Assembly (NCBI RefSeq): GCF_024502345.1
Contig: NZ_JALDNN010000001.1
Length of the DNA: 64,000 nt
Origin: Escherichia coli
GTDB lineage: Bacteria; Pseudomonadota; Gammaproteobacteria; Enterobacterales; Enterobacteriaceae
Direction: 5' to 3' (one strand)
The notes under the pieces: generated by a model
What the model saw: the letters and a program-made list of their open reading frames with translations, nothing else
Told to the model about the DNA's origin: nothing
Databases searched by the model: none
Program-made: the position numbers and the translations under genes
Part shown: positions 22,680-33,503 of the stretch, in pieces
How the letters are laid out: each line of letters opens with the position of its first letter
How positions within the stretch are numbered: the first letter of the stretch is position 1

Positions 22680-24104
22680 CTATGTGAAGTGACGGTGAAG
22701 TCGAAGCGAGGCCAGCACGCCACCTTCCTGCACGTTGCGCAGCGTGACTTCGCCGTTAAACAAACGGGCGACCTCACTGACAAACGCCAACCCCAGACCG
22801 CTGCTTTTTTGCCCATTTGCACGCGGCAAAGAGTAAAAGCGTTCAAAAATACGTGACAGCGCGTAGTCAGGAATACCACTACCGGTATCCAGCACCTTAA
22901 GGGCGACGTGTTCCTGATCCACTTCGGCGCTTAGCGTTATGCGACCGCTCTCGGGGGTAAAATCGATTGCGTTATCCAGTAAATTCCCCAGCGCCTGCTC
23001 CAGTAACGCCGGTTCAGCAGCAACATTAACCTCAGTGGGCATAACATGTAGAGTGATGTTTTTTTCTGCCAACTGCACGGTGCGCGCTTCGCTGACGCGG
23101 CGAAATAATGCCGCCACATCAACAGCAGTCAGAACGACTTCCTGACGATTCTCCAGTCTTGCCTGGCGTAGTAACGTTTCCACCAGCGCCTGCATTCGCG
23201 CATTTTGCGTCAGAATGTTGTCAGTAAAACGAGCTACCACTTCCGGCGGCGGACCTTCGCGTAAAATTTCCGCCGCGCCACGAATCGCCGCCAGTGGGCT
23301 TTTTAGCTCATGGGTTAACGCATAAACATACTGCTCAATATAGTTTTTCCCTTCCAGCTTCACGCGCATACTTTCCAGCGCCTGCGCAAGCTTACGCAAC
23401 TCGCTACTGCCGAGTTCAGGAAGAGGAACGGGCTTATTGTCAGTGACGGAATCGGCATAGCGAGTGAGCCGGGCAATGGAGCGGTTGATCCACCAAACCA
23501 TGCCTGCGCCAATCACCAGTGCAATCCCCAGCAAAATGGCGCTGGCCCATAAAATTCGCCGCTCGCTGCGCTTAATGACCGGAGCCATCGCCGCGTTCGG
23601 TTTGCCTACGCTCAAAACGCCAATAAGCCGCGAGCCGTCCATAATCGGCGCGGCAACATACATCACCGAACTTTCGGGATCGGCAGGATTTTGCAACGTG
23701 CTGCGCGCACCATACTGACCACGCAACGTTAGCCAGACGTCATTCCAGCGCGAATAATCCTGCCCAACGGCTTTATTTGCCGAATCGAACAATACTTTGC
23801 CCTGCGCATCGGTCATATAGACATGATATTCATTGCGCACTTTGTTAATGCCACCGATATTAGCGCGAAACGGGCGATGTTGTAGCTGATTAAACGCCTG
23901 CGCCAGTTGCCCATGCGTTGGGTCCCCAGAGAGCAAATCGGGACGCGCCAGCTCCGCCAGCAACGTTGCGGTGTCGATCAGCGTCCCCTCCGTTGCTCTT
24001 CGCACGCCCGGTTTAACTTCTTTGACAAAAATAGCCAGTACGAACCAGGCCGCCACCGCCACCAGTAAAAAATAGCCCAGCAACAACCGCATGCCGATAC
24101 GCAT
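22680..24104 (-). CDS. creC: Sensor histidine kinase CreC
   Basis: 474-aa ORF with TM segments and HisKA/ATPase motifs. Confidence 0.93.
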   Translation of the reverse strand: MRIGMRLLLGYFLLVAVAAWFVLAIFVKEVKPGVRRATEGTLIDTATLLAELARPDLLSGDPTHGQLAQAFNQLQHRPFRANIGGINKVRNEYHVYMTDAQGKVLFDSANKAVGQDYSRWNDVWLTLRGQYGARSTLQNPADPESSVMYVAAPIMDGSRLIGVLSVGKPNAAMAPVIKRSERRILWASAILLGIALVIGAGMVWWINRSIARLTRYADSVTDNKPVPLPELGSSELRKLAQALESMRVKLEGKNYIEQYVYALTHELKSPLAAIRGAAEILREGPPPEVVARFTDNILTQNARMQALVETLLRQARLENRQEVVLTAVDVAALFRRVSEARTVQLAEKNITLHVMPTEVNVAAEPALLEQALGNLLDNAIDFTPESGRITLSAEVDQEHVALKVLDTGSGIPDYALSRIFERFYSLPRANGQKSSGLGLAFVSEVARLFNGEVTLRNVQEGGVLASLRLHRHFT

Positions 24105-24793
24105 TACAGGCCCCTCAGGCTATATCCCATGCCGCGATGAGTATTAATCGGTGAAAGATCGGGGTTGATGGCGCGCAGCTTGGCACGCAACGTTTTAATG
24201 TGGGTATCGACGGTGCGATCGTAGGTGTCCTGCGCATCTTCCCACACGCTATCCATTAGTTGCTGGCGTGACCAGACGCGGCCTGGCGACTTGAGTAACG
24301 TCTTCAGCAATAAAAACTCATACCGCGTCAGCGTTAATGGCGTGTCAAACCAGCTGATCTGCGCCGCGGGTTCATTCAATTCAAAATGACCAATACGGAT
24401 GACGGGAGACGGCGACGAGAACTTCTTCATCCGACGCAGTAAGGTGCGCACCCTGGCGCACACTTCGCGGGGTGAAAACGGTTTAGCCACATAGTCGTCA
24501 GCGCCAATTTCCAGCCCAAGCAGGCGATCGACCTCTTCACTTCGGGCCGTCAGGAACAGTACAGGTAACGCCGGATGGAGCGCCAGTAACTGGCGGCACA
24601 ATTCAAAGCCGCTGATATCAGGCAAACCAACGTCGAGAATCATGACGTCGGGAACCAGCTGGCGAGCTTTATCCAGCACCGGCAAGCCTCGCTCAAAGAC
24701 CTCGACGGCAAAACCTTCCTGCTGCAACATGTAGACCAGCGTGTCGGCTATCCCTTGCTCATCTTCCACTAACCAGACCGTTTCCCGTTGCAT
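24104..24793 (-). CDS. creB: Response regulator CreB
   Basis: 229-aa OmpR-family regulator; 1-nt overlap with creC. Confidence 0.93.
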   Translation of the reverse strand: MQRETVWLVEDEQGIADTLVYMLQQEGFAVEVFERGLPVLDKARQLVPDVMILDVGLPDISGFELCRQLLALHPALPVLFLTARSEEVDRLLGLEIGADDYVAKPFSPREVCARVRTLLRRMKKFSSPSPVIRIGHFELNEPAAQISWFDTPLTLTRYEFLLLKTLLKSPGRVWSRQQLMDSVWEDAQDTYDRTVDTHIKTLRAKLRAINPDLSPINTHRGMGYSLRGL

Positions 24794-24805
24794 AAATCGC
24801 CTCTG

Positions 24806-25279
24806 TTATTGCCGCCACGGCATAACAGGAACCGCGCTAATCGCGTTTTTCGGCGAACCTTCTACAACTTTGTCGGAGTAAGCCAGATAAGCGAGCGCGT
24901 TGCGTTTGGCGTCATAAAAGCGCACGACCTGTAACGACTTAAAGACCAGGGACGTGCGTTTTTTGAATACTACCTCGCCCTGAGCTTTGCCGTTTTTAAT
25001 ACGATCCGACAGTTCAATCGGCCCGACTTGCTGACAAGAAATGGCCGCATCGGAGGTATCTTCCGCCAAGCCCAATCCCCCTTTAATACCCCCGGTTTTC
25101 GCCCGGCTCACATAACAGGTGACATTTTTCACATCGGGATCGTCAAAGGCTTCCACAACAATTTTGTGATCCGGGCCGATCATTTTAAATACGGTGTCGA
25201 CCGAACCAATCTCTTCTGCATGAGCCAATGGCCCCAGCATTATCAGGCTTAAAGACAGGATCAAATGCTTGTATTTCAT
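24806..25279 (-). CDS. creA: Periplasmic protein CreA
   Basis: 157-aa ORF with signal peptide. Confidence 0.9.
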
Positions 25280-25489
25280 ATTGTTACCATTTTTATCTAT
25301 TACACGAGCAATTAGTTCGTCACGGTAAATAACATATTGATTAAGAACAAAATCTCAATACTTTTATTTCCGTCAAGCCCTAAAACATACTCTACTAAGA
25401 AAAAAACACTGAATGCTAAAACAGCAAAAAATGCTATTATCCAATTACCTGATGTCAGGTGCTCGTTGTTGAAAGGATGAGGATATTTT

Positions 25490-26359
25490 ATGGATCAGGC
25501 CGGCATTATTCGCGACCTTTTAATCTGGCTGGAAGGTCATCTGGATCAGCCCCTGTCGCTCGACAATGTAGCGGCGAAAGCAGGTTATTCCAAGTGGCAC
25601 TTACAGAGAATGTTTAAAGATGTCACTGGCCATGCTATTGGCGCGTATATTCGTGCTCGTCGTTTGTCGAAATCGGCGGTCGCACTACGCCTGACTGCGC
25701 GTCCGATTCTGGACATCGCGCTGCAATACCGCTTCGACTCTCAACAGACATTTACCCGCGCATTCAAGAAGCAGTTTGCCCAGACTCCTGCACTTTACCG
25801 CCGTTCTCCTGAATGGAGCGCCTTTGGTATTCGCCCGCCGCTACGTCTGGGTGAATTCACAATGCCAGAGCACAAATTTGTCACCCTGGAAGATACGCCG
25901 CTGATTGGTGTTACCCAGAGCTACTCCTGTTCGCTGGAGCAAATCTCTGATTTCCGCCATGAAATGCGTTATCAGTTCTGGCACGATTTTCTCGGCAACG
26001 CGCCGACCATTCCGCCAGTGCTCTACGGCCTGAATGAAACGCGTCCGAGTCAGGATAAAGACGACGAACAAGAGGTATTCTATACCACCGCGTTAGCCCA
26101 GGATCAGGCAGATGGCTATGTACTGACGGGGCATCCGGTGATGCTGCAGGGCGGCGAATATGTGATGTTTACCTATGAAGGTCTGGGAACCGGCGTGCAG
26201 GAGTTTATCCTGACAGTATACGGAACGTGCATGCCAATGCTCAACCTGACGCGTCGTAAAGGTCAGGATATTGAGCGATACTACCCGGCAGAAGACGCCA
26301 AAGCGGGAGATCGCCCAATTAATCTGCGCTGTGAACTGCTGATTCCTATCCGCCGTTAA
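25490..26359 (+). CDS. rob: AraC/XylS-family regulator Rob (right origin-binding protein)
   Basis: 289-aa MDQAGIIRDLLIWLEGHLDQPLSLDNVAAKAGYSKWHLQRMFK... Confidence 0.95.
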   Translation: MDQAGIIRDLLIWLEGHLDQPLSLDNVAAKAGYSKWHLQRMFKDVTGHAIGAYIRARRLSKSAVALRLTARPILDIALQYRFDSQQTFTRAFKKQFAQTPALYRRSPEWSAFGIRPPLRLGEFTMPEHKFVTLEDTPLIGVTQSYSCSLEQISDFRHEMRYQFWHDFLGNAPTIPPVLYGLNETRPSQDKDDEQEVFYTTALAQDQADGYVLTGHPVMLQGGEYVMFTYEGLGTGVQEFILTVYGTCMPMLNLTRRKGQDIERYYPAEDAKAGDRPINLRCELLIPIRR

Positions 26360-27003
26360 CGCTGCAGCTCATCTAATGCAGGGGCGTCCAGATGCGAGAT
26401 GTCCCCTGCGGTTTCAACGACCCAGCCAGACGCCAGCCACAGGCTTTCCTGATAATCCACGCGCGAAATAGAACAGTTACGCAGACGTAAGCGGCGCTCT
26501 GCCCATGCTGGTAATCCGAGAATCGTACTCACCAGGCATCCCAGTGCAATACCATGACTCACCAGCAGCGGTCGGCTTTCCTGCGGTAAGTCCCGGCAAG
26601 ATTCCAGTGCCGCATTGACGCGATCGCTGAGCTCCTGCATTGACTCACCTTCAGGAATACGCCCGTCAACGGTGCCATTGACCAGCTGCCGACGCCAGTT
26701 CTCTTCTTCTTCGGTCAGAGAATCGATATGTCTTTTTTCCAGCACACCCATGTTTAATTCACGCAGGCGAGAATCAAAGATGATGTCACAGCCGCAGGCC
26801 TGGGCGATGATTTCCGCCGTACGCCGGGTGCGTCCTAAATCGCTACTGATAATATGCGTAATGCCAAGCTCTTTGGCACGGGTTGCCACCTGCATCGCCT
26901 GTTGCTCACCTTTGGCGGTCAGCGGGCTGTCAGACTGGCCCTGAATACGTTGCTCGGCGTTCCACTGCGTTTCACCGTGGCGGACTAGGTATACCTGTAA
27001 CAT
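26356..27003 (-). CDS. gpmB: Phosphoglycerate mutase family phosphatase GpmB (YtjC)
   Basis: 215-aa MLQVYLVRHGETQWN...; convergent 4-nt overlap with rob. Confidence 0.93.
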   Translation of the reverse strand: MLQVYLVRHGETQWNAEQRIQGQSDSPLTAKGEQQAMQVATRAKELGITHIISSDLGRTRRTAEIIAQACGCDIIFDSRLRELNMGVLEKRHIDSLTEEEENWRRQLVNGTVDGRIPEGESMQELSDRVNAALESCRDLPQESRPLLVSHGIALGCLVSTILGLPAWAERRLRLRNCSISRVDYQESLWLASGWVVETAGDISHLDAPALDELQR

Positions 27004-27042
27004 GCTTTTTTTCCGTATACTGCTGTAACGTTAATTTTCTGA

Positions 27043-27567
<525 letters not shown>

Positions 27568-27574
27568 GCGCCTG

Positions 27575-27705
27575 ATGCGACGCTGCCGCGTCTTATCATG
27601 CCTACCAAACATATTGAAATTACGGGTATTTGTAGGACGGATAAGGCGTTCACGCCGCATCCGGCATTCGGTGCACGATGCCTGATGCGCCACGTCTTAT
27701 CAGGC
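27575..27705. repeat. REP/BIME palindromic repeat units
   Basis: Multiple gccggatgcggcgtgaacgccttatccggcctaca-type units. Confidence 0.8.
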
Positions 27706-27713
27706 CTACAAAA

Positions 27714-28055
<342 letters not shown>

Positions 28056-28087
28056 TTAGCGGGGGAAGCAAAATGCCTCCCCCGGTT

Positions 28088-28105
28088 GTACTCGCTAAAG
28101 AGTAC
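28088..28105 (-). promoter_or_regulatory. TrpR operator in the trpR promoter (autoregulation)
   Basis: Palindrome GTACTCGCTAAAGAGTAC about 50 bp upstream of the trpR start. Confidence 0.65.
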
Positions 28106-28129
28106 GATAGCATATCATAAACGTGCGGA

Positions 28130-30067
28130 TCAGTAACGACGTCCCCATTCCGTGGCGCTCATCAACGTCGGTTTATCCCCCATGAAATAGCGGTAGTAAG
28201 CGTCATAAGCCAGCACGTTCTTCACATAACCACGCGTCTCGGAGAACGGAATACTCTCGACAAATGCCACTGCGTCGATACGCCCGGCGCTGTTGCCAAG
28301 CCAGGTTCGCACCCGTCCAGGTCCGGCGTTATAAGCCGCTGAGGAGAAAATACGGTTATTACCAAATTGCTGATAAACATATTGCAGGTAACTGGTGCCA
28401 ATGTTGATATTCGTTTCCGGATCCAGCAATTGCCCAGGGCTGCTATAACCAGGAATAGAGAACATCTTCACCGTATGGGTCGCCGTGCCCGGCATAATCT
28501 GCATCAGGCCGCTGGCCCCTACCGGTGATTTCACTTTCGGATTCCAGGCGCTCTCCTGACGGGCAATCGCCATCGCATAGCTTTGCGGGATCTCCTTCCC
28601 ACTGGTGTAACGTTTGAAAAGATCGTTGTAAGCCAGCGGGAATCGCTCTTCCAGATGATCCCACAGCTTCCCGGCGATCGTTGCCTGAACGCTAAGATCC
28701 CACCATTGGTTGTTGAAAGCATACCGCGCCAGTTGAGCCTGCTCTGTTTTTGACTTGCTCTTCACCAGATTGGCCCACTCGCTACGCGCGGTGTTATCGA
28801 GATTCCAGTACATCAACTCGCGCACGCGCGCCATCTCCGGCCCCTGAGTCAGGGCGCTGTCAACATTCTGCGGCGCTTTATCAATCTTCAGCTCATACTC
28901 TTCGCCGATGCGTTGTGCTGCAACCATCGGGTAGAAACCACGCTGTTGCATGAGTTGATGCAAAATCTCTTTTGCTTCAGCTTCACGTCCGCGTTCCAGC
29001 AATAAATCCGCCTGCCAGTAACGCCATTCATCTTTCTCTTTCGCCTCCATCGGCAAACGCGCCAGCCAGGTATTCAGGCCGCGACGATCGCCAGTGCCAA
29101 GCGCCATGCGCACACGGCGTTCAATAAGCGAAGTAGATTGCGAGCGCATAATGGCGTCATCGCGCCATTTCGCCTGCTCGTCGGTGACATCGTTGCCCAT
29201 CAAACGCCAGGCGACGATATCGCGCAGCTCCTGAATCTGATCTTCATTAAGCTGCTGCGCCTGGGCAAGCGATGGGATCATCAGCCGTGCATTCTCAGCA
29301 TCCTGCCGCGCCACACTGGCAAACGCCACCGCCGCCATTTGACGGGTAAAATCGGTCGCGCCAGTTGTACGCGCGAAGGTCAGTACCGTATTAGGGTTGT
29401 TCGCCAGTGAAATGATTGCCGAGGCGATAGTCTGGTAATCGGCAGGCATCTGCCCTGCCAGCACTGTTACCAGGCCTGTGTTACCCGCTTTCATCGCCAG
29501 ACGGATACGCTCTAAATACGCCAGCGGATCTTGTTTACCTGACGCACGCCAGACGCTAAATAACTTGTCACAGGCGTTAGGCTGGCTCTTGCCGGTTAGC
29601 CACAGCTCTTTCGCCCCTTGCCAGGCTTCTTCACTCTGCCCGGTGTTCCATTTCGCATAGTAGTAATTACATTGCGCTTCGGTAGTTCCGGGCTTTTCCG
29701 GGCTAAAGGCTAACAAGCCACGCCAGTCTTCACGCCGCGCCAGTTCATTGACGAAACGAGATTGCAGCGTGCGAGCGGGAGGAAGCGTGGGGTTAGCGCG
29801 AACAAAGTTAGTGACCGTCACCGCCGGTTGATTCATCAGATCATCGGTGATCTGGCGGTATTCCAGGTAGGGATAAAGCGGATAATCCTTCAGTCCAGGC
29901 ATCATTTGTTCGACCACATCCATTTGTCGATTATCCCAGGCCTGCTTGATTTGCGCGTAACGGCTACGCTGCTCATCCAGTGAGTCGGCTCGCGCTACGC
30001 TGCTGACCGTCAGCAGACAGACACCGGTAGCCAACAGCCGCCAGGTAACTTGTTTGGCTTTTTCCAC
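28130..30067 (-). CDS. slt: Soluble lytic murein transglycosylase Slt70
   Basis: 645-aa product from MEKAKQVTWRLLA...; the track ORF is a 10-codon extension. Confidence 0.95.
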   Translation of the reverse strand: MEKAKQVTWRLLATGVCLLTVSSVARADSLDEQRSRYAQIKQAWDNRQMDVVEQMMPGLKDYPLYPYLEYRQITDDLMNQPAVTVTNFVRANPTLPPARTLQSRFVNELARREDWRGLLAFSPEKPGTTEAQCNYYYAKWNTGQSEEAWQGAKELWLTGKSQPNACDKLFSVWRASGKQDPLAYLERIRLAMKAGNTGLVTVLAGQMPADYQTIASAIISLANNPNTVLTFARTTGATDFTRQMAAVAFASVARQDAENARLMIPSLAQAQQLNEDQIQELRDIVAWRLMGNDVTDEQAKWRDDAIMRSQSTSLIERRVRMALGTGDRRGLNTWLARLPMEAKEKDEWRYWQADLLLERGREAEAKEILHQLMQQRGFYPMVAAQRIGEEYELKIDKAPQNVDSALTQGPEMARVRELMYWNLDNTARSEWANLVKSKSKTEQAQLARYAFNNQWWDLSVQATIAGKLWDHLEERFPLAYNDLFKRYTSGKEIPQSYAMAIARQESAWNPKVKSPVGASGLMQIMPGTATHTVKMFSIPGYSSPGQLLDPETNINIGTSYLQYVYQQFGNNRIFSSAAYNAGPGRVRTWLGNSAGRIDAVAFVESIPFSETRGYVKNVLAYDAYYRYFMGDKPTLMSATEWGRRY

Positions 30068-30277
30068 AAGCGCATCCTCTAAGTGTAAATACATCAATGC
30101 AGCGTCATGCCGCGTAATAGATTTATGCTAACCAGTCATTGCCGTTTACGCCACGTTACGGACACTTTTTTACTTTTACTGCGAAGGTGATCGACCAACT
30201 GGGATTAGGCGGGGAAAAAGGCTACACTTCGCCTTTGAAAACTCATCATCACGATAAACATAGAGGCGAAGTCCAAC

Positions 30278-31945
30278 GTGGCTCAATTCGTTTATACCAT
30301 GCATCGTGTCGGCAAAGTTGTTCCGCCGAAACGTCATATTTTGAAAAACATCTCTCTGAGTTTCTTCCCTGGGGCAAAAATTGGTGTCCTGGGTCTGAAC
30401 GGCGCGGGTAAGTCCACCCTGCTGCGCATTATGGCGGGCATTGATAAAGACATCGAAGGTGAAGCGCGTCCGCAGCCAGACATCAAGATTGGTTACCTGC
30501 CGCAGGAACCGCAGCTGAACCCGGAACACACCGTGCGTGAGTCCATTGAAGAAGCGGTTTCTGAAGTGGTTAACGCCCTGAAACGCCTGGATGAAGTGTA
30601 TGCGCTGTACGCCGATCCGGATGCCGATTTTGACAAGCTGGCCGCTGAACAAGGCCGTCTGGAAGAGATCATTCAGGCTCACGACGGTCATAACCTGAAC
30701 GTACAGCTGGAGCGTGCGGCGGATGCGCTGCGTCTGCCGGACTGGGACGCGAAAATCGCTAACCTCTCCGGTGGTGAGCGTCGTCGCGTGGCGTTGTGCC
30801 GCCTGCTTCTGGAAAAACCAGACATGCTGCTGCTCGACGAACCGACCAACCACCTGGATGCCGAATCCGTGGCCTGGCTGGAACGCTTCCTGCACGACTT
30901 CGAAGGCACCGTTGTGGCGATTACTCACGACCGTTACTTCCTCGATAACGTTGCAGGCTGGATCCTCGAACTTGACCGCGGTGAAGGTATTCCGTGGGAA
31001 GGCAACTACTCCTCCTGGCTGGAGCAGAAAGATCAGCGCCTGGCGCAGGAAGCTTCACAAGAAGCGGCGCGTCGTAAGTCGATCGAGAAAGAGCTGGAGT
31101 GGGTACGTCAGGGAACTAAAGGCCGCCAGTCGAAAGGTAAAGCACGTCTGGCACGCTTTGAAGAGCTGAACAGCACCGAATATCAGAAACGTAACGAAAC
31201 CAACGAACTGTTTATTCCACCTGGACCGCGTCTGGGTGATAAAGTGCTGGAAGTCAGCAACCTGCGTAAATCCTACGGTGATCGCCTGCTGATTGATGAC
31301 CTGAGCTTCTCGATCCCGAAAGGGGCAATCGTCGGGATCATCGGTCCGAACGGCGCGGGTAAATCGACCCTGTTCCGTATGATCTCTGGTCAGGAACAGC
31401 CGGACAGCGGCACCATCACTTTGGGTGAAACAGTGAAACTGGCATCGGTTGATCAGTTCCGTGACTCAATGGATAACAGCAAAACCGTTTGGGAAGAAGT
31501 TTCCGGCGGGCTGGATATTATGAAGATCGGCAACACCGAGATGCCAAGCCGCGCCTACGTTGGCCGCTTTAACTTTAAAGGGGTTGATCAGGGTAAACGT
31601 GTTGGCGAACTTTCCGGTGGTGAGCGCGGTCGTCTGCATCTGGCGAAGCTGCTGCAGGTTGGCGGCAACATGCTGCTGCTCGACGAACCAACCAACGACC
31701 TGGATATCGAAACCCTGCGCGCGCTGGAAAACGCCCTGCTGGAGTTCCCGGGCTGTGCGATGGTTATCTCGCACGACCGTTGGTTCCTCGACCGTATCGC
31801 CACGCACATCCTGGACTACCAGGATGAAGGTAAAGTTGAGTTCTTCGAAGGTAACTTTACTGAGTACGAAGAGTACAAGAAACGCACGCTGGGCACAGAC
31901 GCACTGGAGCCGAAGCGTATCAAGTACAAGCGTATTGCGAAGTAA
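30278..31945 (+). CDS. ettA: ABC-F translational throttle EttA (YjjK)
   Basis: 555-aa, GTG start, two ABC ATPase cassettes (GLNGAGKST, LSGGERRRV). Confidence 0.96.
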   Translation: MAQFVYTMHRVGKVVPPKRHILKNISLSFFPGAKIGVLGLNGAGKSTLLRIMAGIDKDIEGEARPQPDIKIGYLPQEPQLNPEHTVRESIEEAVSEVVNALKRLDEVYALYADPDADFDKLAAEQGRLEEIIQAHDGHNLNVQLERAADALRLPDWDAKIANLSGGERRRVALCRLLLEKPDMLLLDEPTNHLDAESVAWLERFLHDFEGTVVAITHDRYFLDNVAGWILELDRGEGIPWEGNYSSWLEQKDQRLAQEASQEAARRKSIEKELEWVRQGTKGRQSKGKARLARFEELNSTEYQKRNETNELFIPPGPRLGDKVLEVSNLRKSYGDRLLIDDLSFSIPKGAIVGIIGPNGAGKSTLFRMISGQEQPDSGTITLGETVKLASVDQFRDSMDNSKTVWEEVSGGLDIMKIGNTEMPSRAYVGRFNFKGVDQGKRVGELSGGERGRLHLAKLLQVGGNMLLLDEPTNDLDIETLRALENALLEFPGCAMVISHDRWFLDRIATHILDYQDEGKVEFFEGNFTEYEEYKKRTLGTDALEPKRIKYKRIAK

Positions 31946-31951
31946 TGCGTA

Positions 31952-32105
31952 AAATGCCGGATGCGGCGTGAACGCCTTATCCGGCCTACAAACCAAGAAA
32001 TTTCAATACGTTGTGAATCTCCAGGCCTGATAAGACGCGGTAAGCGTCGCATCAGGCATTGAGCACCGAATGCCGGATACGGCGTGAACGCCTTTTCCGG
32101 CCACA
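31952..32105. repeat. REP/BIME palindromic repeat units
   Basis: tgccggatgcggcgtgaacgccttatccggcctaca and related units. Confidence 0.8.
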
Positions 32106-32250
32106 ACAGCCTTAGTATCCGCAATTTCGTAGCGGGTCACCCGTGCAGGTTTTTTCAAACCTTGTTTAATCTCGACAGCCTCTTCCAGAGAGGTTTTCAA
32201 CTCATCAAAAAACTTATTTTATACCTCGCCTTTGAGCCGTTTCATCGCGG

Positions 32251-33483
32251 TTATCTCTGCTCCCCCATCATCTCCCGCACCAGCTCCACGCAGCGCAGGA
32301 AACGGCTGTCATAATCGTCCTCTTCAACCCGCACGAATTCGATATTGTTCTCTTCCAGCATCTCCACCAGCAAGTTCTGGAACTCTTTGCGATCCACCGA
32401 ACTGCCGAGGCTGCGTAAACCATCCGCCACCCACGGCGTGTTGTTCTCCAGCAGGATCACCAGATCGAAACGGTATTCATCAATCAACGCCTGTACGAAC
32501 GGATGCTCACGCCCTTCGTACTTTTTGCAGAACGCCTGGGTAGTGACAAAATCAGTGTCAATAAACGCCACTTTATTGGCATATTTCACTGCAAAATCAA
32601 TGTATTGTGCGTGGCCCAGCGCGATTTTATCGTAATCGGAATACTGCAATGCGATCTCATCACCGCCGAGGTGTGAAAAGACATAATCGCGACCATATTC
32701 CCACGCACTGGTGGTATTGAAGATATTGGCAAGTTTGTTTACCAGGGTGGATTTACCGCTCGACTCGCCACCAAGGATCGCCACGGTACGTACAAAGAAC
32801 GGCTTCACTTCCGTAGGAATATATTCCCAGTAGCGGAACGGGTTTTCGCGGATCTGCGCACCGCTGATACTCATAAAGGTACGTTTCGGATCGACCAGCA
32901 CCGTCTCGATCCCCAGATGTTCCATATACTGTGGCGCATCGGCTTCTTCCGAGGTGTAGATCAGGTCCGGCTGAATCCCCTTTTCAGCCATAAACTTTTT
33001 GATGCCGTTGCTCCACACATCCCAGCCGTGCGGATACGGCTCCATGCCCTCTTCGTTGAAAGCATGAATGCGAATATTTTTCTGATATTTAAAAGTTTGC
33101 AATAACCAGCGCAGACGATCCGGCACGGTCGGCTGCTGCGACATGGCACTGTCTTCGAACAACGCGCGGTCACGGGTATCGTCAAAACCCATAATGATAT
33201 GCAGCTCGTCAACCTGGCTACAGGCGCGCTGGATAAGGTAGATATGTCCGGTATGCAGTGGGTAGAACTTACCGAATACCACACCAATGGTTTTCTTCTG
33301 CCGGGGAAACTCAAGCCCCAAAAAACGGTGCAACGCCTCCAGCTTTTGCGCGCTGGGGCTTTTGATTTTGGCATTCAGTAACTGGCTTAAATACCCTTTG
33401 GTCATACCGCTGGCATCAGCTACCTGCTGTAGCGTGCAGCCCTGTTGCTTGATGGCAGTTTTCAGGTAATCAAATGACGACAT
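32251..33483 (-). CDS. nadR: Trifunctional NAD biosynthesis/regulator NadR
   Basis: 410-aa from MSSFDYLKTAIKQQGCTLQQVADASG... Confidence 0.95.
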   Translation of the reverse strand: MSSFDYLKTAIKQQGCTLQQVADASGMTKGYLSQLLNAKIKSPSAQKLEALHRFLGLEFPRQKKTIGVVFGKFYPLHTGHIYLIQRACSQVDELHIIMGFDDTRDRALFEDSAMSQQPTVPDRLRWLLQTFKYQKNIRIHAFNEEGMEPYPHGWDVWSNGIKKFMAEKGIQPDLIYTSEEADAPQYMEHLGIETVLVDPKRTFMSISGAQIRENPFRYWEYIPTEVKPFFVRTVAILGGESSGKSTLVNKLANIFNTTSAWEYGRDYVFSHLGGDEIALQYSDYDKIALGHAQYIDFAVKYANKVAFIDTDFVTTQAFCKKYEGREHPFVQALIDEYRFDLVILLENNTPWVADGLRSLGSSVDRKEFQNLLVEMLEENNIEFVRVEEDDYDSRFLRCVELVREMMGEQR

Positions 33484-33503
33484 ATCTCCCTCCGTATTTC
33501 TCA